A DNA stretch of 51,119 nt from Girardia tigrina (lineage: Eukaryota). This document shows positions 49,960-51,119 of this stretch, piece after piece; position 1 is the stretch's first letter, and each line of letters starts with the position of its first letter. The position numbers and the translations under genes are program-made. The notes under the pieces were generated by a model that searched no databases, was not told the DNA's origin, and saw only the letters and a program-made list of their open reading frames with translations. The stretch lies in contig MQRK01230303.1 of NCBI GenBank assembly GCA_001938485.1, positions 4,839 through 55,957 on the forward strand, in the 5' to 3' direction.

Positions 49960-51100
49960 TTTTATATTCATTATTTATTAAGAAACCCAAAAAAATAAGT
50001 AAAAATATAATATTTTATCATAAATCATAAAATGAAACATCAATAAAACATCAAAATATAAAAAAATATACATAGTTTTATATATATACAAATTTAAAAA
50101 AATCTGTTATTTTTGTTTGTTTTTGACGTCTTTTTAAAGAATTTCTAATTTCACATCTAAATATCCTTAAAGCCATAATATTATTATATTCTGTTCGCCT
50201 TTGATTAGCATACTCTAATAGTGTTTCTATACAATTTAATGCCGTTTCATGGCTTACATAACCACTGATGTCTTCTTCGCTTGAAGTATCACTCTCATTT
50301 TCTTCCTCTTGAGTGACAAGAGAAACGATTTCAGGGTCATCCATGCGTTGAAATCCGGGGTCATTCAAATCACGGTTGAGCCATTCTTTTATATTTTCTT
50401 CATCCACGTCTTTAAAAAAATTTATATTTTCTAATAATCCACATAATTCAGGTACAAAATTTTCTTCATTCTCTTTCGGATCCATTAAATCTTTTTCTAT
50501 GTCAGGAAGAATCTTTCTCCATGATCGAGCGAGTGTTACCGGCTTCACTTTGTCCAAGATTGCGCTATCCCATGTATAGCATCCAATATTGTCATTTTTT
50601 TCCAAAAATTGATCAAATTATCATCTTCCTCAACAAGAGTTTTCAGAAGTTTTTGACGATATAGACGTTTCATCGATGATATAACACCTTGGTCCATGAG
50701 TTGAATCAGTGATGTAACATTAGGGCGCAAATTTTTTTGATCAGAAGTCCATTGTTCTTCGCTGCAAGGAAACAGAGCAAATGAACAAACAAACTTTGAA
50801 AGACCCAAGGAACCGAAGATTTTGTGAACATTAGATTTTTTAGAACAAACGAAGATCCGAGAACTGACAAATGTGGGCAATAAATATCGAAATTAATGGC
50901 AGTGTGACGTTCCTGCGCGACCCTGTATGTATTTTTTTCAAATAACGCGAATATTCAAGATCGCAATTCATTAATGCGTCCTAAAATCGTCTTAGATAAA
51001 AAAATAATCAAACTAAATTTTTATTAAAAAAATATTTATTTTCAGGCACGATTAATCCGCAAACCGGTTAATCCGCGCACGGTTAATCGAGAGTACACTA
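49960..51100 (-). mobile_element. Tigger/pogo (TIGD/Jerky-like) transposon, internally deleted, with 5' TIR in a (TA)n run
   Basis: PNVTSLIQLMDQGVISSMKRLYR (P..TS..QP.DQG motif), DAIHGIAQSW..VKPVTLARSWRKI and QTKITDFF. Terminal TAGTGTACTCTCGATTAACCG with GATTAA(C/T)CG sub-repeats. Confidence 0.88.
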
Positions 51101-51119
51101 TATATATATATATATATAT

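Noticed and set aside
1-51119. Alternative genetic code or prokaryotic origin
   Set aside because: Spliced genes read cleanly in the standard code with GT-AG introns. Stops are confined to decayed elements and are accompanied by frameshifts.

Overview
AT-rich eukaryotic scaffold read in the standard genetic code, with very short GT-AG introns (42-64 nt), several N gaps and mostly decayed mobile DNA. The host cannot be identified from this window. Two intact-looking spliced host genes lie on the minus strand: an STE11/MEKK-like Ser/Thr kinase, and an 8-exon ~454-aa protein with three clear and two probable ubiquitin/SUMO-like repeats joined by di-glycine-type linkers; its LRGG motif appears only after splicing. 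Mobile DNA includes a Ty3/gypsy gag-pol relic that keeps a -1 frameshift signal, two complete-ended hAT elements with TIRs and 8-bp TSDs, several mariner/Tc1 and Tigger relics, a MULE relic, two relics of a second gypsy-like RT family, and two different Polinton/adintovirus-type protein-primed DNA polymerase B relics. One of the polymerase relics sits between an AGTAGT-terminated 326-bp fold-back and an array of RFX X-box and CCAAT motifs. Three intronless host-gene fragments (NPL4, exportin-5-like, CHMP1) are embedded among the repeats. The most striking non-coding feature is a complete HDV-like double-pseudoknot self-cleaving ribozyme on the minus strand, present in two copies. It heads a ~380-nt GC-rich structured element with no RT ORF, and a palindrome overlapping its cleavage site could block folding.
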